Assembly: GCF_009914755.1 (NCBI RefSeq)
Contig: NC_060939.1
Strand: one strand, 5' to 3'
Length of the DNA: 64,000 nt
From: the human T2T-CHM13v2.0 reference genome, Homo sapiens
Every line of letters starts with the position of its first letter. The stretch's first letter is position 1. A program made the translations under genes and the position numbers. Under the pieces are notes generated by a model. It worked only from the letters and a program-made list of their open reading frames with translations. It did not search any database and was not told the DNA's origin. This document shows positions 1 to 12,400 of the stretch, in pieces.

Positions 1-225
1 CATTCCATTTGTGTCCACAGCATTCCATTCCACTCCATTCCATATTATTCCATTACACTCCATTCCATTCTATTACTTTCATTTCCATTCAATTCCATTC
101 CATTTGATTCCATTCCACTCGGTTTCATTCCATTTGAGTCCACTCCATTCCATTCCATTCCATTCCATTCAGTTCCATTCCATTCTGTTCCATTCCATTC
201 CGTTCCATTACATTCCATTCCATTC

Positions 226-2019
226 GGTACCATTCCATATTGTTCCATTCGATTCCATTCGAATCCATTCCATTCCAGTCCATTCCATTCGATTCCATTC
301 CATTCATTTCAATTCCATTCCATTCCATTCCATTACATTCCACTTGATTCCTCTCCATTCCCTTCCACTGCATTCCGTTCGATTCCATTCCATTGCATTG
401 CATTCCATTCCATTGGATTGCATTCCATTCGATTCCATTCCATTCGAATCAATTACATAGCAATCCATTACATTCGAGTCTATTCTATTCTGTTCCATTC
501 GATTTCGTTCCAATCCATTCGATTCCATTCCATTCGATTCCATTCCATTCTATTGCATTCCATTCGATTACATTATATTCGAATAAGTTCCATTCAAGAC
601 CATTTCTTTTGAGTCCATTCTATTTGAGTCCATTCCCTTTGATTCCATATCATTTGAGTCCATTCAATTCCATTCCTTTCGTTTCCATTCCATTTGATGC
701 CATTCCATTCAATTCTGTTCTACTCGACTCCAATACATTCAATTCCATTCCATCCGATTCCATTACATTCTTTTCATTTCTTATCCATTTCAAGCCATTC
801 CACTCCATTCCATTCCACTCGTTTCCTTTCCATTCGAGTCCATTCCTCTCCAGTCCATTCCGTTCAATCCATTCCATTCCAGTCCATTCCATTCGAGTCC
901 GTTCCATTCCAGTCCATTCCATTCGAGTCAATTCCATTCCATTCGATGTCTTTCCATAACGATCCATTCCATTCTATTCCTTTCGATTCCATTCCATTCT
1001 ATTTCATTCCATTCGATTCCCTTCCATTGGACTCCTTTCCATTCGAGTGCATTCCATTCCTTTCCATTTCTTTCCGTTCTGTACGATTCCTACCGTTCGA
1101 TTTCATTTTGTTCCAGTCCATTCCTTTCGCGTCCATTCCATTCCATTTCACTCCATTCGATTCCATTCCACTCGATTCCACTTCGTTCCATTTCATTGCA
1201 TTCCATTCTATTCAACTCTATTGCCTTCCATTCCATTCCATTCAATTACATTCCATGCGATTCCATTCGAAATCGAATCAATTACATTGCAATCCATTAC
1301 TATTGAGTCCGTTTTATTCCAGTCCACTGCATTCTGGTCCATTCCATTTGATTCCATTCCATTCTATTCCATTCCATACAGTTGCATTCCATTGGATTCC
1401 ATGCTATATCTATAAATTCAATTCGAGACCATTGCTTTTGAGTCCATTCTATATGATTCCATTCCATTCAAGTCCATTACATTTGGTTCAATTCCATTCC
1501 ATTCCATTCCCTTCCATTCCATTCCATTTGATATCAATCCATTCGATTCCATTCCATTCGAGCACATTCCATTCGAGTCCATTCCATTCGATGCCATTCC
1601 ATTTGATTCTATTCCATTAGTCTCCATTCAATTCCATTAATCTCCATTCCATTCCATTCTACTCCAACTGATTCCATTCCATTCTATTCCTTTCCATTCC
1701 ATTTCATTCCATTCCATTCCATTTCATTCCATTCCATTCCATTCGTGTCCATTCCACTCCAGTCCATTCCATTCGTGTCCATTCCATTCCAGTCCATTCC
1801 ATTTGTGTCCACTGCATTCCATTCCACTCCATTCCATATTATTCCATTACACTCCATTCCATTCTATTACTTTCATTTCCATTCAATTCCATTCCATTTG
1901 ATTCCATTCCACTCGGTTTCATTCCAATTGAGTCCACTCCATTCCATTCCATTCCATTCCATTCAGTTCCATTCCATTCTGTTCCATTCCATTCCGTTCC
2001 ATTACATTCCATTCCATTC
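226..2019 (+). repeat. Representative 1794 bp monomer (KpnI site to KpnI site)
   Basis: GGTACC at 226-231 and next at 2020-2025. Landmarks inside: GAATAAGTTCC (~581), CTGTACGATTCCTACCG (~1079), CTATATCTATAAA (~1404), EcoRV GATATC (1530-1535), CTCCAACTG (~1662). Confidence 0.97.
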
Positions 2020-2799
2020 GGTACCATTCCATATTGTTCCATTCGATTCCATTCGAATCCATTCCATTCCAGTCCATTCCATTCGATTCCATTCCATTCA
2101 TTTCAATTCCATTCCATTCCATTCCATTACATTCCACTTGATTCCTCTCCATTCCCTTCCACTGCATTCCGTTCGATTCCATTCCATTGCATTGCATTCC
2201 ATTCCATTGGATTGCATTCCATTCGATTCCATTCCATTCGAATCAATTACATAGCAATCCATTACATTCGTGTCTATTCTATTCCGTTCCATGCGATTTC
2301 GTTCCAATCCATTCGATTCCATTCCATTCGATTCCATTCCATACTATTGCATTCCATTCGATTACATTATATTCGAATAAGTTCCATTCAAGACCATTTC
2401 TTTTGAGTCCATTCTATTTGAGTCCATTCCCTTTGATTCCATAACATTTGAGTCCATTCAATTCCATTCCTTTCGTTTCCATTCCATTTGATGCCATTCC
2501 ATTCAATTCTGTTCTACTCGACTCCAATACATTCAATTCCATTCCATCCGATTCCATTACATTCTTTTCATTTCTTATCCATTTCAAGCCATTCCACTCC
2601 ATTCCATTCCACTCGTTTCCTTTCCATTCGAGTCCATTCCTCTCCAGTCCATTCCGTTCAATCCATTCCATTCCAGTCCATTCCATTCGAGTCCGTTCCA
2701 TTCCAGTCCATTCCATTCGAGTCAATTCCATCCCATTCGATGTCTTTCCATAACGATCCATTCCATTCTATTCCTTTCGATTCCATTCCATTCTATTTC

Positions 2800-5700
2800 A
2801 TTCCATTCGATTCCCTTCCATTGGCCTCCTTTCCATTCGAGTGCATTCCATTCCGTTCCATTTCTTTCCATTCTGTACGATTCCTACCGTTCGATTTCAT
2901 TTTGTTCCAGTCCATTCCTTTCGCGTCCATTCCATTCCATTTCACTCCATTCGATTCCATTCCACTCGATTCCACTTCGTTCCATTTCATTGCATTCCAT
3001 TCTATTCAACTCTATTGCCTTCCTTTCCATTCCATTCGATTACATTCCATGCGATTCCATTCGAAATCGAATCAATTACATTGCAATCCATTACTATTGA
3101 TTCCATTTTATTCCAGTCCACTGCATTCTGGTCCATTCCATTTGATTCCATTCCATTCTATTCCATTCCATACAGTTGCATTCCATTGGATTCCATTCTA
3201 TATCTATAAATTCAATTCGAGACCATTGCTTTTGAGTCCATTCTATATGATTCCATTCCATTCATTTCCATTACATTTGGTTCAATTCCATTCCATTCCA
3301 TTCCCTTCCATTCCATTCCAGTTGATATCAATCCATTCGATTCCATTCCATTCGAGCACATTCCATTCGAGTCCATTCCATTCGATGCCATTCCATTTGA
3401 TTCTATTCCATTAGTCTCCATTCAATTCCATTAATCTCCATTCCATTCCATTCTACTCCAACTGATTCCATTCCATTCTATTCCTTTCCATTCCATTTCA
3501 TTCCATTCCATTCCATTTCATTCCATTCCATTCCATTCCATTCCATTCCATTCGCTTCCATTCCATTCGTGTCCATTCCATTCCAGTCCATTCCATTTGT
3601 GTCCACTGCATTCCATTCCACTCCATTCCATATTATTCCATTACACTCCATTCCATTCTATTACTTTCATTTCCATTCAATTCCATTCCATTTGATTCCA
3701 TTCCACTCGGTTTCATTCCATTTGAGTCCACTCCATTCCATTCCATTCCATTCCATTCCATTCAGTTCCATTCCATTCTGTTCCATTCCATTCCGCTCCA
3801 TTACATTCCATTCCATTCGGTACCATTCCATATTGTTCCATTCGATTCCATTCGAATCCATTCCATTCCAGTCCATTCCATTCGATTCCATTCCATTCAT
3901 TTCAATTCCATTCCATTCCATTCCATTACATTCCACTTGATTCCTCTCCATTCCCTTCCACTGCATTCCGTTCGATTCCATTCCATTGCATTGCATTCCA
4001 TTCCATTGGATTGCATTCCATTCGATTCCATTCCATTCGAATCAATTACATAGCAATCCATTACATTCGAGTCTATTCTATTCCGTTCCATTCGATTTCG
4101 TTCCAATCCATTCGATTCCATTCCATTCGATTCCCTTCCATACTATTGCATTCCATTCGATTACATTATATTCGAATAAGTTCCATTCAAGACCATTTCT
4201 TTTGAGTCCATTCTATTTGAGTCCATTCCCTTTGATTCCATAACATTTGAGTCCATTCAATTCCATTCCTTTCGTTTCCATTCCATTTGATGCCATTCCA
4301 TTCAATTCTGTTCTACTCGACTCCAATACATTCAATTCCATTCCATCCGATTCCATTACATTCTTTTCATTTCTTATCCATTTCAAGCCATTCCACTCCA
4401 TTCCATTCCACTCGTTTCCTTTCCATTCGAGTCCATTCCTCTCCAGTCCATTCCGTTCAATCCTTTCCATTCCAGTCCATTCCATTCGAGTCCGTTCCAT
4501 TCCAGTCCATTCCATTCGAGTCAATTCCATTCCATTCGATGTCTTTCCATAACGATCCATTCCATTCTATTCCTTTCGATTCCATTCCATTCTATTTCAT
4601 TCCATTCGATTCCCTTCCATTGGACTCCTTTCCATTCGAGTGCATTCCATTCCTTTCCATTTCTTTCCGTTCTGTACGATTCCTACCGTTCGATTTCATT
4701 TTGTTCCAGTCCATTCCTTTCGCGTCCATTCCATTCCATTTCACTCCATTCGATTCCATTCCACTCGATTCCACTTCATTCCATTTCATTGCATTCCATT
4801 CTATTCAACTCTATTGCTTTCATTCCATTCCATTTGATTACATTCCATGCAATTCCATTCGAAATCGGATCAATTACATTGCAATCCATTACTATTGAGT
4901 CCGTTTTATTCCAGTCCACTGCATTCTGGTCCATTCCATTTGATTCCATTCCATTCTATTCCATTCCATACAGTTGCATTCCATTGGATTCCATGCTATA
5001 TCTATAAATTCAATTCGAGACCATTGCTTTTGAGTCCATTCTATATGATTCCATTCCATTCAAGTCCATTACATTTGGTTCAATTCCATTCCATTCCATT
5101 CCCTTCCATTCCATTCCATTTGATATCAATCCATTCGATTCCATTCCATTCGAGCACATTCCATTCGAGTCCATTCCATTCGATGCCATTCCATTTGATT
5201 CTATTCCATTAGTCTCCATTCAATTCCATTAATCTCCATTCCATTCCATTCTACTCCAACTGATTCCATTCCATTCTATTCCTTTCCATTCCATTTCATT
5301 CCATTCCATTCCATTTCATTCCATTCCATTCCATTCGCGTCCATTCCACTCCAGTCCATTCCATTCGTGTCCATTCCATTCCAGTCCATTCCATTTGTGT
5401 CCACTGCATTCCATTCCACTCCATTCCATATTATTCCATTACACTCCATTCCATTCTATTACTTTCATTTCCATTCAATTCCATTCCATTTGATTCCATT
5501 CCACTCGGTTTCATTCCATTTGAGTCCACTCCATTCCATTCCATTCCATTCCATTCAGTTCCATTCCATTCTGTTCCATTCCATTCCGTTCCATTACATT
5601 CCATTCCATTCGGTACCATTCCATATTGTTCCATTCGATTCCATTCGAATCCATTCCATTCCAGTCCATTCCATTCGATTCCATTCCATTCATTTCAATT

Positions 5701-8700
5701 CCATTCCATTCCATTCCATTACATTCCACTTGATTCCTCTCCATTCCCTTCCACTGCATTCCGTTCGATTCCATTCCATTGCATTGCATTCCATTCCATT
5801 GGATTGCATTCCATTCCATTCCATTCCATTCGAATCAATTACATAGCAATCCATTACATTCGAGTCTATTCTCTTCCGATCCATTCGATTTCGTTCCAAT
5901 CCATTCGATTCCATTCCATTCGATTCCATTCCATACTATTGCATTCCATTCGATTACATTATATTCGAATAAGTTCCATTCAAGACCATTTCTTTTGAGT
6001 CCATTCTATTTGAGTCCATTCCCTTTGATTCCATAACATTTGAGTCCATTCAATTCCATTCCTTTCGTTTCCATTCCATTTGATGCCATTCCATTCAATT
6101 CTGTTCTACTCGACTCCAATACATTCAATTCCATTCCATCCGATTCCATTACATTCTTTTCATTTCTTATCCATTTCAAGCCATTCCACTCCATTCCATT
6201 CCACTCGTTTCCTTTCCATTCGAGTCCATTCCTCTCCAGTCCATTCCGTTCAATCCATTCCATTCCAGTCCATTCCATTCGAGTCCGTTCCATTCCAGTC
6301 CATTCCATTCGAGTCAATTCCATTCCATTCGATGTCTTTCCATAACGATCCATTCCATTCTATTCCTTTCGATTCCATTCCATTCTATTTCATTCCATTC
6401 GATTCCCTTCCATTGGCCTCCTTTCCATTCGAGTGCATTCCATTCCGTTCCATTTCTTTCCGTTCTGTACGATTCCTACCGTTCGATTTCATTTTGTTCC
6501 AGTCCATTCCTTTCGCGTCCATTCCATTCCATTTCACTCCATTCGATTCCATTCCACTCGATTCCACTTCGTTCCATTTCATTGCATTCCATTCTATTCA
6601 ACTCTATTGCCTTCCATTCCATTCCATTCGATTACATTCCATGCGATTCCATTCGAAATCGAATCAATTACATTGCAATCCATTACTATTGATTCCATTT
6701 TATTCCAGTCCACTGCATTCTGGTCCATTCCATTTGATTCCATTCCATTCTATTCCATTCCATACAGTTGCATTCCATTGGATTCCATTCTATATCTATA
6801 AATTCAATTCGAGACCATTGCTTTTGAGTCCATTCTATATGATTCCATTCCATTCATTTCCATTACATTTGGTTCAATTCCATTCTATTCCATTCCCTTC
6901 CATTCCATTCCAGTTGATATCAATCCATTCGATTCCATTCCATTCGAGCACATTCCATTCGAGTCCATTCCATTCGATGCCATTGCATTTGATTCTATTC
7001 CATTAGTCTCCATTCAATTCCATTAATCTCCATTCCATTCCATTCTACTCCAACTGATTCCATTCCATTCTATTCCTTTCCATTCCATTTCATTCCATTC
7101 CATTCCATTTCATTCCATTCCATTCCATTCCATTCCATTCCATTCGCTTCCATTCCATTCGTGTCCATTCCATTCCAGTCCATTCCATTTGTGTCCACTG
7201 CATTCCATTCCACTCCATTCCATATTATTCCATTACACTCCATTCCATTCTATTACTTTCATTTCCATTCAATTCCATTCCATTTGATTCCATTCCACTC
7301 GGTTTCATTCCATTTGAGTCCACTCCATTCCATTCCATTCCATTCCATTCCATTCAGTTCCATTCCATTCTGTTCCATTCCATTCCGCTCCATTACATTC
7401 CATTCCATTCGGTACCATTCCATATTGTTCCATTCGATTCCATTCGAATCCATTCCATTCCAGTCCATTCCATTCGATTCCATTCCATTCATTTCAATTC
7501 CATTCCATTCCATTCCATTACATTCCACTTGATTCCTCTCCATTCCCTTCCACTGCATTCCGTTCGATTCGATTCCATTGCATTGCATTCCATTCCATTG
7601 GATTGCATTCCATTCGATTCCATTCCATTCGAATCAATTACATAGCAATCCATTACATTCGAGTGTATTCTATTCCGTTCCATTCGATTTCGTTCCAATC
7701 CATTCGATTCCATTCCATTCGATTCCCTTCCATACTATTGCATTCCATTCGATTACATTATATTCGAATAAGTTCCATTCAAGACCATTTCTTTTGAGTC
7801 CATTCGATTTGAGTCCATTCCCTTTGATTCCATAACATTTGAGTCCATTCAATTCCATTCCTTTCGTTTCCATTCCATTTGATGCCATTCCATTCAATTC
7901 TGTTCTACTCGACTCCAATACATTCAATTCCATTCCATCCGATTCCATTACATTCTTTTCATTTCTTATCCATTTCAAGCCATTCCACTCCATTCCATTC
8001 CACTCGTTTCCTTTCCATTCGAGTCCATTCCTCTCCAGTCCATTCCGTTCAATCCTTTCCATTCCAGTCCATTCCATTCGAGTCCGTTCCATTCCAGTCC
8101 ATTCCATTCGAGTCAATTCCATTCCATTCGATGTCTTTCCATAACGATCCATTCCATTCTATTCCTTTCGATTCCATTCCATTCTATTTCATTCCATTCG
8201 ATTCCCTTCCATTGGACTCCTTTCCATTCGAGTGCATTCCATTCCTTTCCATTTCTTTCCGTTCTGTACGATTCCTACCGTTCGATTTCATTTTGTTCCA
8301 GTCCATTCCTTTCGCGTCCATTCCATTCCATTTCACTCCATTCGATTCCATTCCACTCGATTCCACTTCATTCCATTTCATTGCATTCCATTCTATTCAA
8401 CTCTATTGCTTTCATTCCATTCCATTTGATTACATTCCATGCAATTCCATTCGAAATCGGATCAATTACATTGCAATCCATTACTATTGAGTCCGTTTTA
8501 TTCCAGTCCACTGCATTCTGGTCCATTCCATTTGATTCCATTCCATTCTATTCCATTCCATACAGTTGCATTCCATTGGATTCCATGCTATATCTATAAA
8601 TTCAATTCGAGACCATTGCTTTTGAGTCCATTCTATATGATTCCATTCCATTCAAGTCCATTACATTTGGTTCAATTCCATTCCATTCCATTCCCTTCCA

Positions 8701-9460
8701 TTCCATTCCATTTGATATCAATCCATTCGATTCCATTCCATTCGAGCACATTCCATTCGAGTCCATTCCATTCGATGCCATTCCATTTGATTCTATTCCA
8801 TTAGTCTCCATTCAATTCCATTAATCTCCATTCCATTCCATTCTACTCCAACTGATTCCATTCCATTCTATTCCTTTCCATTCCATTTCATTCCATTCCA
8901 TTCCATTTCATTCCATTCCATTCCATTCGCGTCCATTCCACTCCAGTCCATTCCATTCGTGTCCATTCCATTCCAGTCCATTCCATTTGTGTCCACTGCA
9001 TTCCATTCCACTCCATTCCATATTATTCCATTACACTCCATTCCATTCTATTACTTTCATTTCCATTCAATTCCATTCCATTTGATTCCATTCCACTCGG
9101 TTTCATTCCATTTGAGTCCACTCCATTCCATTCCATTCCATTCCATTCAGTTCCATTCCATTCTGTTCCATTCCATTCCGTTCCATTACATTCCATTCCA
9201 TTCGGTACCATTCCATATTGTTCCATTCGATTCCATTCGAATCCATTCCATTCCAGTCCATTCCATTCGATTCCATTCCATTCATTTCAATTCCATTCCA
9301 TTCCATTCCATTACATTCCACTTGATTCCTCTCCATTCCCTTCCACTGCATTCCGTTCGATTCCATTCCATTGCATTGCATTCCATTCCATTGGATTGCA
9401 TTCCATTCGATTCCATTCCATTCGAATCAATTACATAGCAATCCATTACATTCGAGTCTA
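2800..9460 (+). repeat. 2-unit higher-order tandem duplication, period 3592 bp (U2-U3 / U4-U5); boundaries approximate
   Basis: Rare variants shared at +3592: TTGGCCTCC (2825/6417), an extra pentamer plus CCGCTCC (3796/7388), CCACTTCATT (4778/8370), and a 1-bp deletion (4817/8409). Confidence 0.85.
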
Positions 9461-12400
9461 TTCTCTTCCGTTCCATTCGATTTCGTTCCAATCCATTCGA
9501 TTCCATTCCATTCGATTCCATTCCATACTATTGCATTCCATTCGATTACATTATATTCGAATAAGTTCCATTCAAGGCCATTTCGTTTGAGTCCATTCTA
9601 TTTGAGTCCATTCCCTTTGATTCCATAACATTTGAGTCCATTCAATTCCATTCCTTTCGTTTCCATTCCATTTGATGCCATTCCATTCAATTCTGTTCTA
9701 CTCGACTCCAATACATTCAATTCCATTCCATCCGATTCCATTACATTCTTTTCATTTCTTATCCATTTCAAGCCATTCCACTCCATTCCATTCCACTCGT
9801 TTCCTTTCCATTCGAGTCCATTCCTCTCCAGTCCATTCCGTTCAATCCATTCCATTCCAGTCCTTTCCATTCGAGTCCGTTCCATTCCAGTCCATTCCAT
9901 TCGAGTCAATTCCATTCCATTCGATGTCTTTCCATAACGATCCATTCCATTCTATTCCTTTCGATTCCATTCCATTCTATTTCATTCCATTCGATTCCCT
10001 TCCATTGGACTCCTTTCCATTCGAGTGCATTCCATTCCGTTCCATTTCTTTCCGTTCTGTACGATTCCTACCGTTCGATTTCATTTTGTTCCAGTCCATT
10101 CCTTTCGCGTCCATTCCATTCCATTTCACTCCATTCGATTCCATTCCACTCGATTCCACTTCGTTCCATTTCATTGCATTCCATTCTATTCAACTCTATT
10201 GCCTTCCATTCCATTCCATTCGATTACATTCCATGCGATTCCATTCGAAATCGAATCAATTACATTGCAATCCATTACTATTGAGTCCGTTTTATTCCAG
10301 TCCACTGCATTCTGGTCCATTCCATTTGATTCCATTCCATTCTATTCCATTCCATACAGTTGCATTCCATTGGATTCCATGCTATATCTATAAATTCAAT
10401 TCGAGACCATTGCTTTTGAGTCCATTCTATATGATTCCATTCCATTCAAGTCCATTACATTTGGTTCAATTCCATTCCATTCCATTCCCTTCCATTCCAT
10501 TCCATTTGATATCAATCCATTCGATTCCATTCCATTCGAGCACATTCCATTCCACTCCATTCCATTCGATGCCATTCCATTTGATTCTATTCCATTAGTC
10601 TCCATTCAATTCCATTAATCTCCATTCCATTCCATTCTACTCCAACTGATTCCATTTCATTCTATTCCTTTCCATTCCATTTCATTCCATTCCATTCCAT
10701 TCGTGTCCATTCCACTCCAGTCCATTCCATTCGTGTCCATTCCATTCCAGTCCATTCCATTTGTGTCCACTGCATTCCATTCCACTCCATTCCATATTAT
10801 TCCATTACACTCCATTCCATTCTATTACTTTCATTTCCATTCAATTCCATTCCATTTGATTCCATTCCACTCGGTTTCATTCCATTTGAGTCCACTCCAT
10901 TCCATTCCATTCCATTCCATTCAGTTCCATTCCATTCTGTTCCATTCCATTCCGTTCCATTACATTCCATTCCATTCGGTACCATTCCATATTGTTCCAT
11001 TCGATTCCATTCGAATCCATTCCATTCCAGTCCATTCCATTCGATTCCATTCCATTCATTTCAATTCCATTCCATTCCATTCCATTCCATTCCACTTGAT
11101 CCCTCTCCATTCCCTTCCACTGCATTCCGTTCGATTCCATTCCATTGCATTGCATTCCATTCCATTGGATTGCATTCCATTCCATTCCATTCCATTCGAA
11201 TCAATTACATAGCAATCCATTACATTCGAGTCTATTCTATTCCGTTCCATTCGATTTCGTTCCAATCCATTCGATTCCATTCCATTCGATTCCATTCCAT
11301 ACTATTGCATTCCATTCGATTAGATTATATTCGAATAAGTTCCATTCAAGACCATTTCTTTTGAGTCCATTCTATTTGAGTCCATTCCCTTTGATTCCAT
11401 AACATTTGAGTCCATTCAATTCCATTCCTTTCGTTTCCATTCCATTTGATGCCATTCCATTCAATTCTGTTCTACTCGACTCCAATACATTCAATTCCAT
11501 TCCATCCGATTCCATTACATTCTTTTCATTTCTTATCCATTTCAAGCCATTCCACTCCATTCCATTCCACTCGTTTCCTTTCCATTCGAGTCCATTCCTC
11601 TCCAGTCCATTCCGTTCAATCCATTCCATTCCAGTCCATTCCATTCGAGTCCGTTCCATTCCAGTCCATTCCATTCGAGTCAATTCCATTCCACTCGATG
11701 TCTTTCCATAACGATCCATTCCATTCTATTCCTTTCGATTCCATTCCATTCTATTTCATTCCATTCGATTCCCTTCCATTGGACTCCTTTCCATTCGAGT
11801 GCATTCCATTCCTTTCCATTTCTTTCCGTTCTGTACGATTCCTACCGTTCGATTTCATTTTGTTCCAGTCCATTCCTTTCGCGTCCATTCCATTCCATTT
11901 CACTACATTCGATTCCATTCCATTCGATTCCATTCTACTCGATTCCACTTCGTTCCATTTCATTGCATTCCATTCTATTCAACTCTATTGCCTTCCATTC
12001 CATTCCATTCGATTACATTCCATGCGATTCCATTCGAAATCGAATCAATTACATTGCAATCCATTACTATTGAGTCCGTTTTATTCCAGTCCAGTGCTTT
12101 CTGGTCCATTCCATTTGATTCCATTCCATTCTATTCCATTCCATACAGTTGCATTCCATTGGATTCCATGCTATATGTATAAATTCAATTCGAGACCATT
12201 GCTTTTGAGTCCATTCTATATGATTCCATTCCATTCAAGTCCATTACATTTGGTTCAATTCCATTCCATTCCATTCCCTTCCATTCCATTCCATTTGATA
12301 TCAATCCATTCGATTCCATTCCATTCGAGCACATTCCATTCGAGTCCATTCCATTCGATGCCATTCCATTTGATTCTATTCCATTAGTCTCCATTCAATT

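Noticed and set aside
650-967. Minus-strand MEWNG-rich ORFs
   Set aside because: (GAATG)n supplies an ATG every 5 bp and few stops, so these are compositional artefacts.
1404-1417. TATAAA (CTATATCTATAAAT) as a TATA box once per unit
   Set aside because: It aligns to the diverged paralogous stretch TTATATTCGAATAAGT at -829 and has no supporting promoter context. Function cannot be supported from sequence.
694-1620. 308-313 aa ORF repeated in nearly every unit, plus all other + strand ORFs
   Set aside because: (CATTC)n contains no stop codon and translates to HSIPF repeats in all frames. There is no domain, many starts are TTG/GTG, and four units carry a frameshift in this ORF.
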